The notes below the pieces were generated by a model, which had not been told where the DNA came from, searched no databases, and saw only the letters and a program-made list of their open reading frames with translations. From the NCBI GenBank assembly GCA_013239625.1, contig MU054001.1, positions 6,311,078-6,375,077 of the forward strand: 64,000 nt of DNA. The letters are read 5' to 3'. The position numbers were made by a program, and so were the translations under genes. Shown here one piece after another: positions 12,095 to 24,255 of the stretch (position 1 is its first letter; each line of letters starts with the position of its first letter). The DNA is from Lama guanicoe. Its lineage: Eukaryota.

Positions 12095-13529
12095 CCCAAT
12101 ACTTGATCATAATATTCCTCGTACATCTTTCCTCTGGACAAAAACCCTTGTTTTCTCACTTGGATCTATTCTTCCTCTCTATTTCAGCCATGACTATAAG
12201 AAGTTTTCATCTTGTAGATGAAATATTATATTACATGCCTATTATTAGAAATTTTCATTTTAGTAAGTTTAGTGGGTTAATTAGAATGGTGCTATTAAAT
12301 TTGTATAAGCTCTTTTTTTTTTAACTTCAAGTTTAACTTTTCCCAGTTCTAGATATTTGAGATCAAGGCATTTAATTTTCATTGGCTCTGGTATAAATAC
12401 TAGTTGATAGGAGACTCTCATTTCTCTTAAAGACTGCAGACAGTATTCTGATGAGGCCCTCTGTGTAGCTGTGGCATATGCAGGCCAGGCTTTCAGAAGC
12501 ATTTTTGATGCCTTGACTATTTTATTGTTTTATTACGATAATCATAAGAACTTCTGTTCAGTACTCAAATTCATTCCCATGCTTGTAGATAAATTTGGCT
12601 TTTTGGTCCCACACAAACACTTTCTTTTTTTGCCAAGCTAATGAAGTAGAGTTTCTTTTAATCCTTTAAGTAGAAATTATGTCTCAAACTAGTTAAACTA
12701 TTTCAGAGCATTAGAATGAACAAATAAAACTGAGCCTCATGCAAAATTTCCTTAAATCACCTAAGATTAATAAATCTTTAAAAACTGTGAACAGATATGA
12801 AACAAGAATATAAAAAGGAAAGACAGTATAAATCCATATTCTAGGACTGCTATGTACCACATCTACTAAATTAGGAGAGGCTTATAACCTGTCTTGGACT
12901 GCAGCAAATTCACTTCCTGAACAGATGGTCTCCCACCATTTAATCACTCTTTAACTTCCTACAATCTGGCTTCTGGGCACACTACCCACTAAAATCACTC
13001 AAAGGTTACCAATAACCTAGATCATGGAAGCCAGCAGCAAAAGTGCTAGAAGGAGATTCATGAATCAAATTCAGCCAAATAATTTTATAGATTAGAGAAC
13101 TACACTCCATAAACGTTAAGGAGATCTTCCCCAGATTACAATGTGGTGAACCATGTGAGGTCAAGGCACCTGCATCTGAGTTTCTTCCTGTGCCATACTG
13201 TTCCCGCCAGCCAGCTAGGTAGTCAGCTGTCTTGAACCACTGTCTCAAAGTCAAAATTCTCCATATGTTCAATCCAATGATACTATTCTACATTCCTGCT
13301 AGATTCTTTTCTCCTGCCTTTCCTTGAACATCCCTTTATTCCACCATCTGCATTACCTGTATCCTGGCAAAAAACTAAGTCTCGAGCCTAGCCTTCCAAA
13401 ATTGTCTGCTCTCTTTGTTTCAAATGAGCCATGTTCAAGAGCAACAGGACCTGCAGCTTTTCTTTTCATTAACTGCTGGGTGCCTCAGTTAACTAGCCTG
13501 CCTGCATTGGAACTATCAAAACGCAAGTA

Positions 13530-13740
13530 GTAATAGCTAACGTTTGTTGAGTGATAAACTATGACCTAGGAGCTCTTCTAAGCTCTTTACCTGTATTAAC
13601 TCATTTAAATCCTCAGCAACTCTATGAGCTATTACTCTGATTTTACATGTGAGGAAACAAAGGCACACAGAGGTTAATCAGCTTGCCCATGCTTCGATTC
13701 AAACCCATACAGTGTGCCTCCAGAGCCTGTGCTCTTAAAT
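13530..13740. mobile_element. MIR SINE
   Basis: taatagctaacgtttgttgag...tattaactcatttaaatcctcagcaactctatgag...ttttacatgtgaggaaacaaaggcacacagaggttaa. Confidence 0.75.
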
Positions 13741-16389
13741 GTTTTGCTAGGCAGAATGTCCAGCTTCATGAAGTCTCTACTATTTATATTCTTGAATATT
13801 AAAATAGCATTTTCATATCAGAGTGTTTTTTCCTATGACTTTTCCTTTGATATGAGATGGATTTATTTATGTAAAACTTATCTTGCATTCAACATCTATT
13901 TCAAGAAACAAGTTCAATTTTTTGCAAATTGCTTTATAAATAAAGAAAAGAAACCCAATTCCTGGCCAGTCTTTTGCTATTGCCTGTTAAATATGTTACT
14001 TTCAGACAGAATTCTGCAAAATTTAAGACGGTATTCAGTTTGTCTTCCCATTGAACCAGGAATCTTCTGTAGGTTGATTAGTATATAACACACATTTTAA
14101 AATAAAGTCCATTTGCTCTAGAACTCCAGAAAGCTCCCAGGTGCTATAAAAGAATGTCCTCTATAAGGTCACTTATCCCCAGTGGACAACTGTAATACAG
14201 AAATGAATGAATCCGTGAAATGTACATGGTCAGCTGCATACAGTTGCTTCCAAGTATGAATGAGTAGCAAAGGCTGGAAGCAAACACAGTCTTCAAGCAA
14301 CCTATCTCACACTAACAGGGCAGAGGCTCTGCACTGCGAACAGGGTAAGTCTCACTCAGGGACAATCAGCAGGTAATCAGCACCAGAGTCTCCTGGGCAA
14401 CAGAGAACGATGGACTCCCTAACAGGAACAAGTTAGGGTGAAAGAAACAGGGGTGTAAATGCCCAAATAAAGAAGCCTGCCAGTGTCTGAACAGTATTTT
14501 TCTTTGGATAAGGAAGAAGGAACTCCATAATAAAATTAGATTGTTAGATTTGTGGACTTGGCCTCATCCTAGTGCTAACAGAGAAGAAAGTAACCATTAG
14601 ACCCTTTTAACGTGATAAATGGTATATATAATGAATCCCAAGCATACATTTTGTACTGATGTGACATCTTTGCATTTAATTTTTCAGATCCTTTCCACAG
14701 GCCTCTCAGTGTTCTAAGGCACAGGTGCATCTGTGATTTAGTATTGAGTCAGGCTGTTCAGGAAGCAAGCCATTTCCTCTGTTAACCCCTTCATACCATA
14801 ACGAATCACTGCTTCCATGTCTGCCAGCCCTTCCCCCTCTCCTTCAGTTAACACTTCATATTCATTCTACCTCTTGACAACTGTGTGACCTTTGAAAAAT
14901 TACTCAACTGTTCAAGATTTGCATTATCTATCTGTAAATCAGCATGATAGCATTTATTTCAGAAAAGTGTTAAAATCAGACATAATACATATTAAATAGT
15001 TTGTGCAGTGCCTATAAGCATCAGGAGCACACTCAGTAATGGTTATTCTTATTTTCTCTCACTTCCTTTCTCTGGCCCTGTCAAATGCCAAACTAGAGGG
15101 ATAGAAGACAAAGAAGAATAAGACATTCCCTGCTCTGAGGACCTGGCCAGAGGCAGGCATGTAAACCAACAACTACAACAGAGTGACAAGTGTAACACGG
15201 AGGATGCAAAGGGCTACAGGAAAGCAGCCTTACTGTCACAGCTTCTAAACCCACAAGACTTGTTCTCAGGAAGTAATGTATAGGATGACTGGATAATATG
15301 GTCTTTTGTTTAATTTATCTTTTTCAAATCAAATGTGACATAAGAAAGTGGGGGTAAGTGGAGCAGGCATTGTTATCCTATGTATAAGAATAAAGGGCAG
15401 ATTAATGTCAGAGTTTGGTAAAAATTATTTTCTTTCACATGTGTCTTTACCAGACAATTTGAATAATTTTGGCATTTAATTTACTTGGTCTGCACCTAGT
15501 TGGGGACATCACAACTGTTTAATGAATATCTACTCTGCTCAAATCCTAGTGTTAGGTTCATTAACCAGCATCTGAAGAAGCATAAGAGTGTGGCTGGAGA
15601 AAAGATATTTAACAGAAACGAAGAGCTAAGACTCCGGTGTGGAGAGTGAGGCCCGGGCTTCTAGTTCTAGAAAGCAGAGTGCACTCAATTCTCACTCCTC
15701 TCCAGACCCCACAGAAATGGCCATAGAGTTGTTAAAAATAAACCAAAAAGACTAAAACCTTGGGAATAAAGAAAAGGAGAAAAAGGGCCACATTAAATAA
15801 GGTATTTCAGCACATTTCCAGTGTAAAAGATGGCAAATAGAAGTGCATTAATGAATAAAGCAGAGCAGAGGAAGCGTATATAATCAGAAAATGACCATAA
15901 TGCTGCCACCAAACAGGGTGACCCTGAGGGTCACCTGGTTTGAAGATTTCAAGGAGGGCATTTGGGAGAAGTAGGGCATGACACAGAACCGATTAAAGGC
16001 CACAGTGGCCGGCCGCAGGCCCCACACAGGGAGCCACAGTCAGGAATAAAATGGGGTTTTTCTCCTAATGGATTGAACAAACTGGCTGGGGGAGTTAATG
16101 TTTCTAGTGTTGGTAACAGGTGCCTCAAAGTAAAGCCCTTCACATTCTGGCATTTGGCAAGGGTGATGAGTATCTTGTCTGTTCCCCACCAGATCCCCAA
16201 GAAACAAAACTCTCAATCACATCTTCCTCACCTCCTGTTCGGGTCAGGGCAGGGGGTGAGGAGACTTATTTAATACACTGAGAAAATCAGACCATCTATC
16301 ACCTAATATTTGAGGATCACCAAATATGTGACAACATAACCAAAGAAAGAAAGAGAAACACCACATTAACAAAACACAAAAATTACCTT

Positions 16390-16770
16390 GGTTATTATGC
16401 TAAGTGAAATAAGCCAGACACAGAATGGCAAATACTGTATTGTACTTACATGAGGTACAAATAAATTCATATAAATGCATAAATCCACACATAAATGTAT
16501 GTACATATTATGTACATATAAACACATAATTTCATAGATACAGAAAGCAGAATAAAGGTTACTAGGACCTGGAGGGAGGGGAGTCGGGGGAGTCACTGGT
16601 TACTGGATAGAGTTTTTGTTCGGGATGACAAAAAAGTTTTGAGTGTCGATAGCAGCAATGGTTATACAACACTGTAAATGTATTTAGCACCACTGAATTG
16701 TACACTTACGAATGGTTAAAATGATAAATATATAATGCATATTTTTACCACAATAATAAAAGCAAAAAGA
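16390..16770 (+). mobile_element. Old L1 3' end (L1MB-like)
   Basis: atgctaagtgaaataagccagacacagaa...ccactgaattgtacactta...aatggttaaaatg...ttttaccacaataataaaa. Confidence 0.8.
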
Positions 16771-16779
16771 GCACTCAGG

Positions 16780-18050
16780 AAATTCAAGAAATGGTGCTGT
16801 GACAATCAGATATTCACACGTAAAGAATGAAGTTGAATGCCTGCCATATACAAAAGTTAACTCAAAATGGAACAGAGACTTAAATTTAAGAGCTAATCCT
16901 ATAAATTTCTTAGAAGAAAACATAGGCATAAATCTTTGTGATCCTGGTTAAACAACAGTTTCTTAGATATGACACCAAAAGCACAGCAATCAAATAAAAA
17001 AAAAGCTAAATTAAACTTAATTGAAATGGAAAATGTCTGTGCTTCAAATGACACCATCAACAAATTGGAATGACACTTTACTAAATGGGAGAAAATATTT
17101 ACAAATCACAGAAAGGACTCATGTGTAGAACACATGAAGAACCCTTACAACACAATAATAAGAAAACAAAGAACCCAATTTAAAAATGAGCACAATATCT
17201 TAACAGACATTTGCCCAAAGACGAGTATACATATCCATCCACCCAATAAATACATGAAGGGATGCTCAGTGACTTTAGTAACTAGAGTAAATAGGGAAAT
17301 GCAAATCAAAACCACAATGATATATACCACTTCTTACACACAAGAATGGCTATAATCAAAACAAAGGCTAATAACAAGTGTTGACAAAAATGTAGAGAAA
17401 TTGGAACCCTCATATATTGCTGATAGGAGCGCAAAATTGTGCATTCACTTTGAAAAACAGCCTGCAGTCTGCAAAATGTTAAACACAGAGTCAGCATATG
17501 ACTCAGCAATTCTGTCATATCCAAGGAAAATGAAAATACATCACAAAAATCTGTACACAAAATTTCACAGTAGCATTAGTCACAACAGCCAAAAAGTGGA
17601 AAAAACTCAAGTGTCTATCACCAGAAGAATGGATAAATAAAACGTGGTATATACACACAATGGAATGTTATTTAGCCATACAAAGGACTAAAATACTGAT
17701 ACATGCTAAACCACTGATGAACTCTGAAAACAGTATGTAAAGTGAAAACAGCCATTCACAAAATACCACATATTATATGAAACCATTTATATGATACATC
17801 CAGAACAGGAAAATTCATATAGACAGAAAGTAGACAGTAGTTGCCTAGGGCTGTGATGGGGAGAGAGAGAAAGGCTGAAGAAAATGGAGAGTGACTGCTA
17901 AAAGCTACAGCAGTCTCTTTTGGGAGTTGCGAAACTATTCTAAAATTAATTGTGGTGAATATATTAAAAACCATTGAATTTTTACACTTTAAATGAATAA
18001 ATTATATAGGATGTAAATTATATCTCAATAAAGTTTCTATTAAAAATATA
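16780..18050 (+). mobile_element. Old L1 ORF2 C-terminal region plus 3' UTR (L1MB-like)
   Basis: Degenerate ORF2 motifs (REMQIKTTM in ORF 17134..17355). The 3' UTR ends tatatctcaataaag. Confidence 0.85.
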
Positions 18051-18436
18051 CATGCTCAATAAATGATAGCAAGTATTATTTTTAAAATTACAGAAAAAAA
18101 GACTATTTAAGGAACAGAAGAGATCTAACCTTAATTTTCATTCATAGATAGACTTATGAAGATAAATTATCAATGAAAAAAAAAGACTAAGTAGGAGCAA
18201 GATATCCTGGACTCAGTTTTCCTTCCTGCTCTAAGTGTAATTATTTACCCTGGGGATAATTCAATGGATAATGAGTAAAGGACTCTGAGAGCTGAAAAGA
18301 AGGCAGTAAACTGGGCTGGTTGAGAACCACCCTCAGGACCTGAAGAATGGCAATGTGGTGAGATTTCTGAGATCCCAATGTGCTGGGCTGAGCACCAGAG
18401 AGTCCTGTAGCCCAAAACAACCAACAGGAATATACC

Positions 18437-18500
18437 AAAAAAAAACAAAAAAACAAAAAACAAAAAACAAAAAAAACCAACCAAAACCCAAAAAACAAAA
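18437..18500. repeat. A-rich (A)nC simple repeat
   Basis: Successive runs of 3-9 A separated by c/cc. Confidence 0.85.
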
Positions 18501-18890
18501 CCCATGAAAACAATAGATGTCTGTTCTCTTGGGCCAAAGATCTCCAAGAACTCACATTCTAAGGTCCCCAAAGATTTTTTGTTTGATTTTGTTTTGTTCA
18601 AAATCTCACAGTACTATAAAGTGTATCTACTATTGCTTACAATGAGTTTCTTTCTACTCCTCTAAACGTTATTTATAACAGGGGATTTGTTTTATTCTCT
18701 AAGTAATATCCTAAGCAATATTTGACAAGTGAGAGAGTAGTGAGAAGGGTCATCCCAGATGATACCACACTTTTTCAACCTCAGTCTTACCCCCAGGTAC
18801 AAAAGCACCTCCCTTTTCCTGAAGTGAATTTGCTACGGGTAAAGTTAAGAAAATCAACAGCTCTCAATTTAGTCCTCAATGTCTTGGGTC

Positions 18891-19555
18891 TGTAATGTGT
18901 CAACAGCCCGACGCATACTTGAAGGAGAGGGCCTTTCTACGGTTCTGGCATACTCCCTGTTTTCTGGTTTCTTGAAATTTCCTTCTGCCATAACCCTTCT
19001 GTGTAGGAATCAGTTGATTCAGGAGGCCTGGGTTGTTTATAGCCTGAAAATTCCCAAGAAAGGCATGGATGGGCCCTTGTCTGGTTTCTTGGAACGTTCT
19101 GTCAGGTAAGAGTGTATCTGTGTGCCTAAGACCTTGAGCCACTTTGTACCGTTTGACCCGACGGTCTATGCTAACAGTGTGATTTATGGTGGACATCTGC
19201 TTTTCCTCTGGCGGGGCTAGAGCTTAAATAACCAAGGTCAATCATGTAGGTGTCACAAAAAAGGCTTCCGGGACTGACCCTGGATGAAAACCCTGGACAG
19301 TCAAGCCTGAGAAAGCTTCCGTGGCTGGCAGCACTGTGCATGTGCTGTCACACGTCACTGCTGGGCAGCTGTCTTACATGGCTCTACTGGGACAGAAGCT
19401 TGTGCTTGGTATCCTCAGGGCTTGCCCCATGTGCCTGCGCTGATTTTATCCTGTACAATTTCCCTGTAATAAACTGTAAGTAGAGCACCTTTTGAGTCCT
19501 GTGAGTCCTTCCAGTGGTCACTGGGGCTAAGGGTGGTTGAGGGGACCCCGATACA
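18891..19555 (+). mobile_element. ERVL-class solo LTR (MER21/MER68/MER77 group)
   Basis: TG...CA ends. Group-typical motifs atgctaacagtgtgatttatggtgg, aaaaccctggac, ctgtaataaactgtaa, gagtcctgtgagtccttccag and ggggaccccgataca. Confidence 0.75.
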
Positions 19556-20837
19556 TCTTCCTTCAAAGGCAGGGATTTCTCTTGTTTTGAGGAAACGTCT
19601 GAAATTTACTACTCTATTTATTTTTTCCAACATTTGGCAGGGTTTAAAGCATCTGGTCAATCCCCACAGATCAGTTAATGGTAGGATCTGACCAGGTCAG
19701 TCATGACTGAGAGGCCACTGACACCAGCATTTTAAGTGGAGGGCCATGTCTGACCTCCATATCTCAACAGGCTGTGTCATCCAGCCCCAACGATGGACGT
19801 GGCCATGCCAGGTCATGGCTACTGCTTAACCAGCTGAGAAAGTGGCAAAGGCACCTCCTCATTTTAGACACCACTGCAGTCAAGCTGCCAGAGGGTGGGG
19901 CAATAACAGCACCCAGCAATTTTCTGCTGCCAACCCTCTCGTCATCTCCCTCTCACCAACAGTACACAACTATGCACAGATGTAATGCCCACACGGCTAC
20001 AGGAGAGAAGCACCTGTCCTTAACCTAGAACAAGTCTTTAGCTAGGATGTGGCTCTGCCTGGGAGGGATGCAACAGACAGCAGCAGGAGCAACATCAGAA
20101 AATGATTTTAACATAAAAAATACACCTACAGTAAATGCTCTATAAAATTCACTCTCACTCACTTGAATTCCGACAAGCTTTCTTGCATAGGCGATAAAGA
20201 GCTGCAAGTATACTGTATGTCAAAAATTACACATAACCCACAGCCCTCCTTACATGTGTCAAACACGAAGTAAGCGCTTACATTGTTGACTTCGTGAGCC
20301 ATGTGCTTTGATGTTCTCTGGTTCCCGCCCCAACATCTCAAATCTGTGACCAAGAGGTCACTTTATTTTCTAAGAAAAGGCTTTGAGATTTCATCAACCT
20401 AGAGAAGTGGGTCACACATGTGAAATGCTCTGTAAACAATATATACTAATCTTAAAATGGCTCAGGGTCACAGCCCTGGGTAATAGGAAGTTAACTGTAT
20501 TCTCTACATTACCATTTCTTTCAGTGAAACCACATGTCTCAAATTTGTACAGAAGGTACACTTGTACTGCACTGAGACTAAGATAAAGGCCAAATCCCTG
20601 CTTATATGAGAGCTAAAAGGCCAGTGTAAAATTTCTATCACATGTAACATAGGCATTTTATGTTCCTGAGAAAATCTTAACGTGTATTTACAAGTTTCCC
20701 AAACAGCTTCTCATCTATAAACGCCTCAGAGTAACTACATGTTTTGTCGAGGACCAACAAAAGATTCAGAAAAATAGTATGACAGAACCTAGTAATGAGG
20801 TTAACTGGCTCTCCCTTCACTGATAAAAACAAGCACT

Positions 20838-20917
20838 GAGGGGAGGGTACAGCTCAGTGGTAGAACACATGCTTCCCATGCACAAGTTCCTGGGTTCAAT
20901 CCCCAGTACCTCCATTA

Positions 20918-20967
<50 letters not shown>

Positions 20968-21012
20968 CCTCCCCCTCCAAAAATTAAACTGTAAAAAAAA
21001 ATTTTTAAAAAC
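20838..21012 (+). mobile_element. tRNA-derived SINE, vic-1-like, with expanded (TAA)n
   Basis: ggggagggtacagctcagtggtagaacacatgctt...gggttcaatccccagtacctccatt, same family as the copy at 11960. Flanking repeat caagcact (20830-20837) / caagcatt (21016-21023). Confidence 0.88.
20920..20959. repeat. (TAA)n microsatellite
   Basis: About 13 TAA units inside the SINE linker. Confidence 0.95.
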
Positions 21013-21783
21013 CACCAAGCATTCATCTGTGTGTGTTATATGTATATTTTTAAAGTAAAAGGAGCATTTCAATTCTGTAAGCATATATTCTGTAAGTGCT
21101 GATGTTATTCTTATTAAATAAGCGTAAAGTGCTTGGAATCCCAGGCACACACTCAGATTCATTCCCTCTCTCCTCAGGCAGTTTCCACAATCCACAACAT
21201 TTTCATTTTAATAGTCCTCATTACTGGTATTTAATACTTGAGGGTTTATTCAAGTCAACATCAATCTTGCTGATCCTGCAAACACTTATTTTGTTGACAA
21301 AACATAGTCTGAACCTATAGCTACTAAATATAAAAAAATTAAAAACTATTCCTTCACCCGACACATCACTGAGTACTAAGAACAAGTCTGTCAGTCACTC
21401 AGTGCTGTCATGGAGACACAGCACTGGACAGACGTCAAGTACAGGGCCTTTCATGGTACACCACTCCCTTCAGTAACAGTGCCGTCTCCTCTATCCCCAT
21501 GCTACCCATCCATACCACATCTTCTCAAAGACATTTGACACCTTAAAATCAACCACTGTGAGGATGAAAACATTTATTTGGGAGACATCTTGTTGGACAC
21601 ATCTGACTCATACTTCCTCATTAACAAATAGCCCTTTACCACAAGTAAATCTTAACTAACCAGAAGACAGAAAAGCCTCACCCTCAAAGAAACAATAAAA
21701 ACTGATTTGAAATAAAATTTCTTCTTCAATTAAAGTTTAAATGTCTTTGGATGAGTCTAAATTAAGAAATAAAATATCTTTAC

Positions 21784-21878
21784 CTGATTGGAAAACCTCA
21801 TGCTCACATTACGTTGATTCTGTAGTGAAACATAACGATGAACGGGATCAATGTCTTTAGGACTGATTAATTCATCAG
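21784..21878 (-). CDS. PHKB: PHKB coding exon (exon 14 equivalent, 95 nt)
   Basis: ttctttttttcag|CT GAT GAA TTA...AAT CAG|gtaaag. Encodes (A)[31 protein letters not shown], inside ORF 21757..21975. Phase 1-0. Confidence 0.97.
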
Positions 21879-23225
21879 CTGAAAAAAAGAAAGTTAATGA
21901 CATCAGAAACGCAGCTGTACAACACTGTAATCCATTACCTAGAAGATATAGCACACTCCAAGGCACATGAAACATCTTTCATATGCTAGGCCATAAAATA
22001 AGCCTCAATAAATTTAAAAGGATTAAAATCATACAAGGTATGTTCTCTGACCACAACAGAATGAAATAAGAAATCAATAACAAATTAGAAATTCACAAAT
22101 ATATTGAAATTAAACAACACACTTCCAAACAGCCCATGGGTCAAAGAAGAAATCAAAAGGGAAATTAGAAAATACTTTCTAATATGCTTTCTGATGAGAT
22201 GATTGAAAATGAAGACACAACATACCAAAACCTAGGGGATGTAGGTAAAGCAATGCTCAGAAGGAAATTCACAGCTGTAAATGCTTACATTAAAATAGAA
22301 GAAAATTCTTAAGTCAATAACCTCCATTCCACATTAAGATTGCAGATGAAAAAGAACAAATCAAAAGCAAGCAGAAGGAAGGAAAAGTAAAGTGGAAATT
22401 AATGAAATAGAGTATAGAAAAAACAACAGAGAATATAAATGAAACCAGGCAGATTCTTGAAAAACTCAAAAGTTTACAGACCTTAAGCTAGACTGACCAA
22501 GAAAAAAAGAAGGAAGACTCAAATTATTAAATCAGGAATGTAACTTGGAACATAACTATGGACCTTGAGGGTTATAAGAGAATACTCTGAACAAATGTAT
22601 CACAACAATTTAGATAACCTAGATAATATGGACAAATTCCTAGAAATACATACTTTACCAAAACTGACTCAAGAATGGATAGAAAATATGAATAAATGTG
22701 TAACAAGTAGTGACTAAAACCTTTCATGCAAAAAAAATTCAGGACCAAATGAATTCATTGATGAATTCTGCCAAACAGTTAAAGAAGAATTAAATCTTTC
22801 ACAAAATTTTCCAAAAAATAGTAGAGGAACACTTCCTAACTCATTCTAAGAGGCCAGTATTACCCTAATACCAAATCAAAGACACCACAAGAAAAGAAAA
22901 TCACAAACCAAAATTTTTTCTGAATACAGACACAAAACTCCTCAATAGAAACACTAGCAAACCAAATCCAGTGATATACAAAAATGATTGCACACCATGA
23001 CCAAGTTGGATTTATTCCACAAATGCAAGAATGGATTAACATCTCAAAATCAATTACTGTAATACACTATATCTATTGAATAAAGGACATAAAAACTACA
23101 GGATCATCTCAGTAGACACAGAAAAAAATTTCTGACAAAATTCAACATTCTTTCATGATGATAAACTAGGGATAGATGGGAACTTCCTCAGCCTGATAAA
23201 GGGCAACTATAAAAAGTCATGGCTA

Positions 23226-24255
23226 CATGAAAAAAAATGCTCAGTATCACTAATTATCAGGGAAATGCAAATCAAAACTATGATGAGGTATCACCTCACA
23301 CCAGTCAGAATGGCCATCATTCAAAAGTCCACAAATGACAAATGCTGGAGAGGCTGTGGAGAAAAGGGAACCCTCCTTCACTGCTGGTGGGAATGCAGTC
23401 TGGTACAGCCACTGTGGAAAACACTATGGAGATTCCTCAAAAGACTAGGAATAGACTTACCATATGACCCAGGAATCCCACTCCTGGGCATATATCCAGA
23501 AGGAACCCTACTTCAGGATGACACTTGCATCCCAATGTTCATAGCAGCATTATTTACAATAGCCAAGACATGGAAACAGCCTAAATGTCCATTAACAGAT
23601 GACTGGATAAAGAAGATGTGGTATATTTATACAGTGGAATACTACTCAGCCATAAAAACCAACAACATAACGCCATTTGCAGCAACATGGATGCTCCTGG
23701 AGAATGTCATTCTAAGTGAAGTAAGCCAGAAAGAGAAAGAAAAACCATTAACAGATGACTGGATAAAGAAGATGTGGTATATTTATACAGTGGAATACTA
23801 CTCAGCCATAAAAACCAACAACATAACGCCATTTGCAGCAACATGGATGCTCCTGGAGAATGTCATTCTAAGTGAAGTAAGCCAGAAAGAGAAAGAAAAA
23901 TACCATATGAGATAGCTTATATGTGGAATCTAAAAAACAAAAACAAAAACAAAAACAAACAAAGCGTAAATACAAAACAGAAATAGACTCACAGACACAG
24001 AATACAAACTTGTGGTTGCCAAGGGGGCGGGGGGTGGGAAGAGATAGATTGGGATTTCAGAACTGTAGAATAGATAAATAAGATTATACTGTATAGCACA
24101 GGGAAATATATACAAGATCTTGTGGTAGCTCACAGAGAAAAAAATGTGACAATAAATATATATATGTTCATGTATAACTGAAAAATTGTGCTCTACACTG
24201 GAATTTGACACAACATTGTAAAATGATTATAAATCAATAAAAAATGTTAAAAAAA
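23226..24255 (+). mobile_element. Young 5'-truncated L1 nested in the older L1
   Basis: Open ORF2 C-terminus ([19 protein letters not shown]...[18 protein letters not shown]), 3' UTR, aataaa and poly(A). 15-bp TSD aaaaagtcatggcta (23211-23225) / aaaaagccatggcta (24256-24270). Confidence 0.95.
23589..23900 (+). repeat. Perfect 156-bp tandem duplication (2 copies)
   Basis: 23589-23744 equals 23745-23900. Seen in the ORF track as a doubled 52-aa block [11 protein letters not shown]...QKEKEK. Confidence 0.95.

Noticed and set aside
1..21783. Next PHKB exon (expected GPLENDLVVHVALIAESQR-like)
   Set aside because: Not found by eye. It probably lies beyond the left edge in a long intron, so I do not claim exon loss. 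tBLASTn would settle it.
23265..23915. 216-aa ORF, the longest in the track
   Set aside because: It is the C-terminus of L1 ORF2 in a 5'-truncated copy, lengthened by the 156-bp duplication. It has no promoter, endonuclease or RT domain and is not a host gene.
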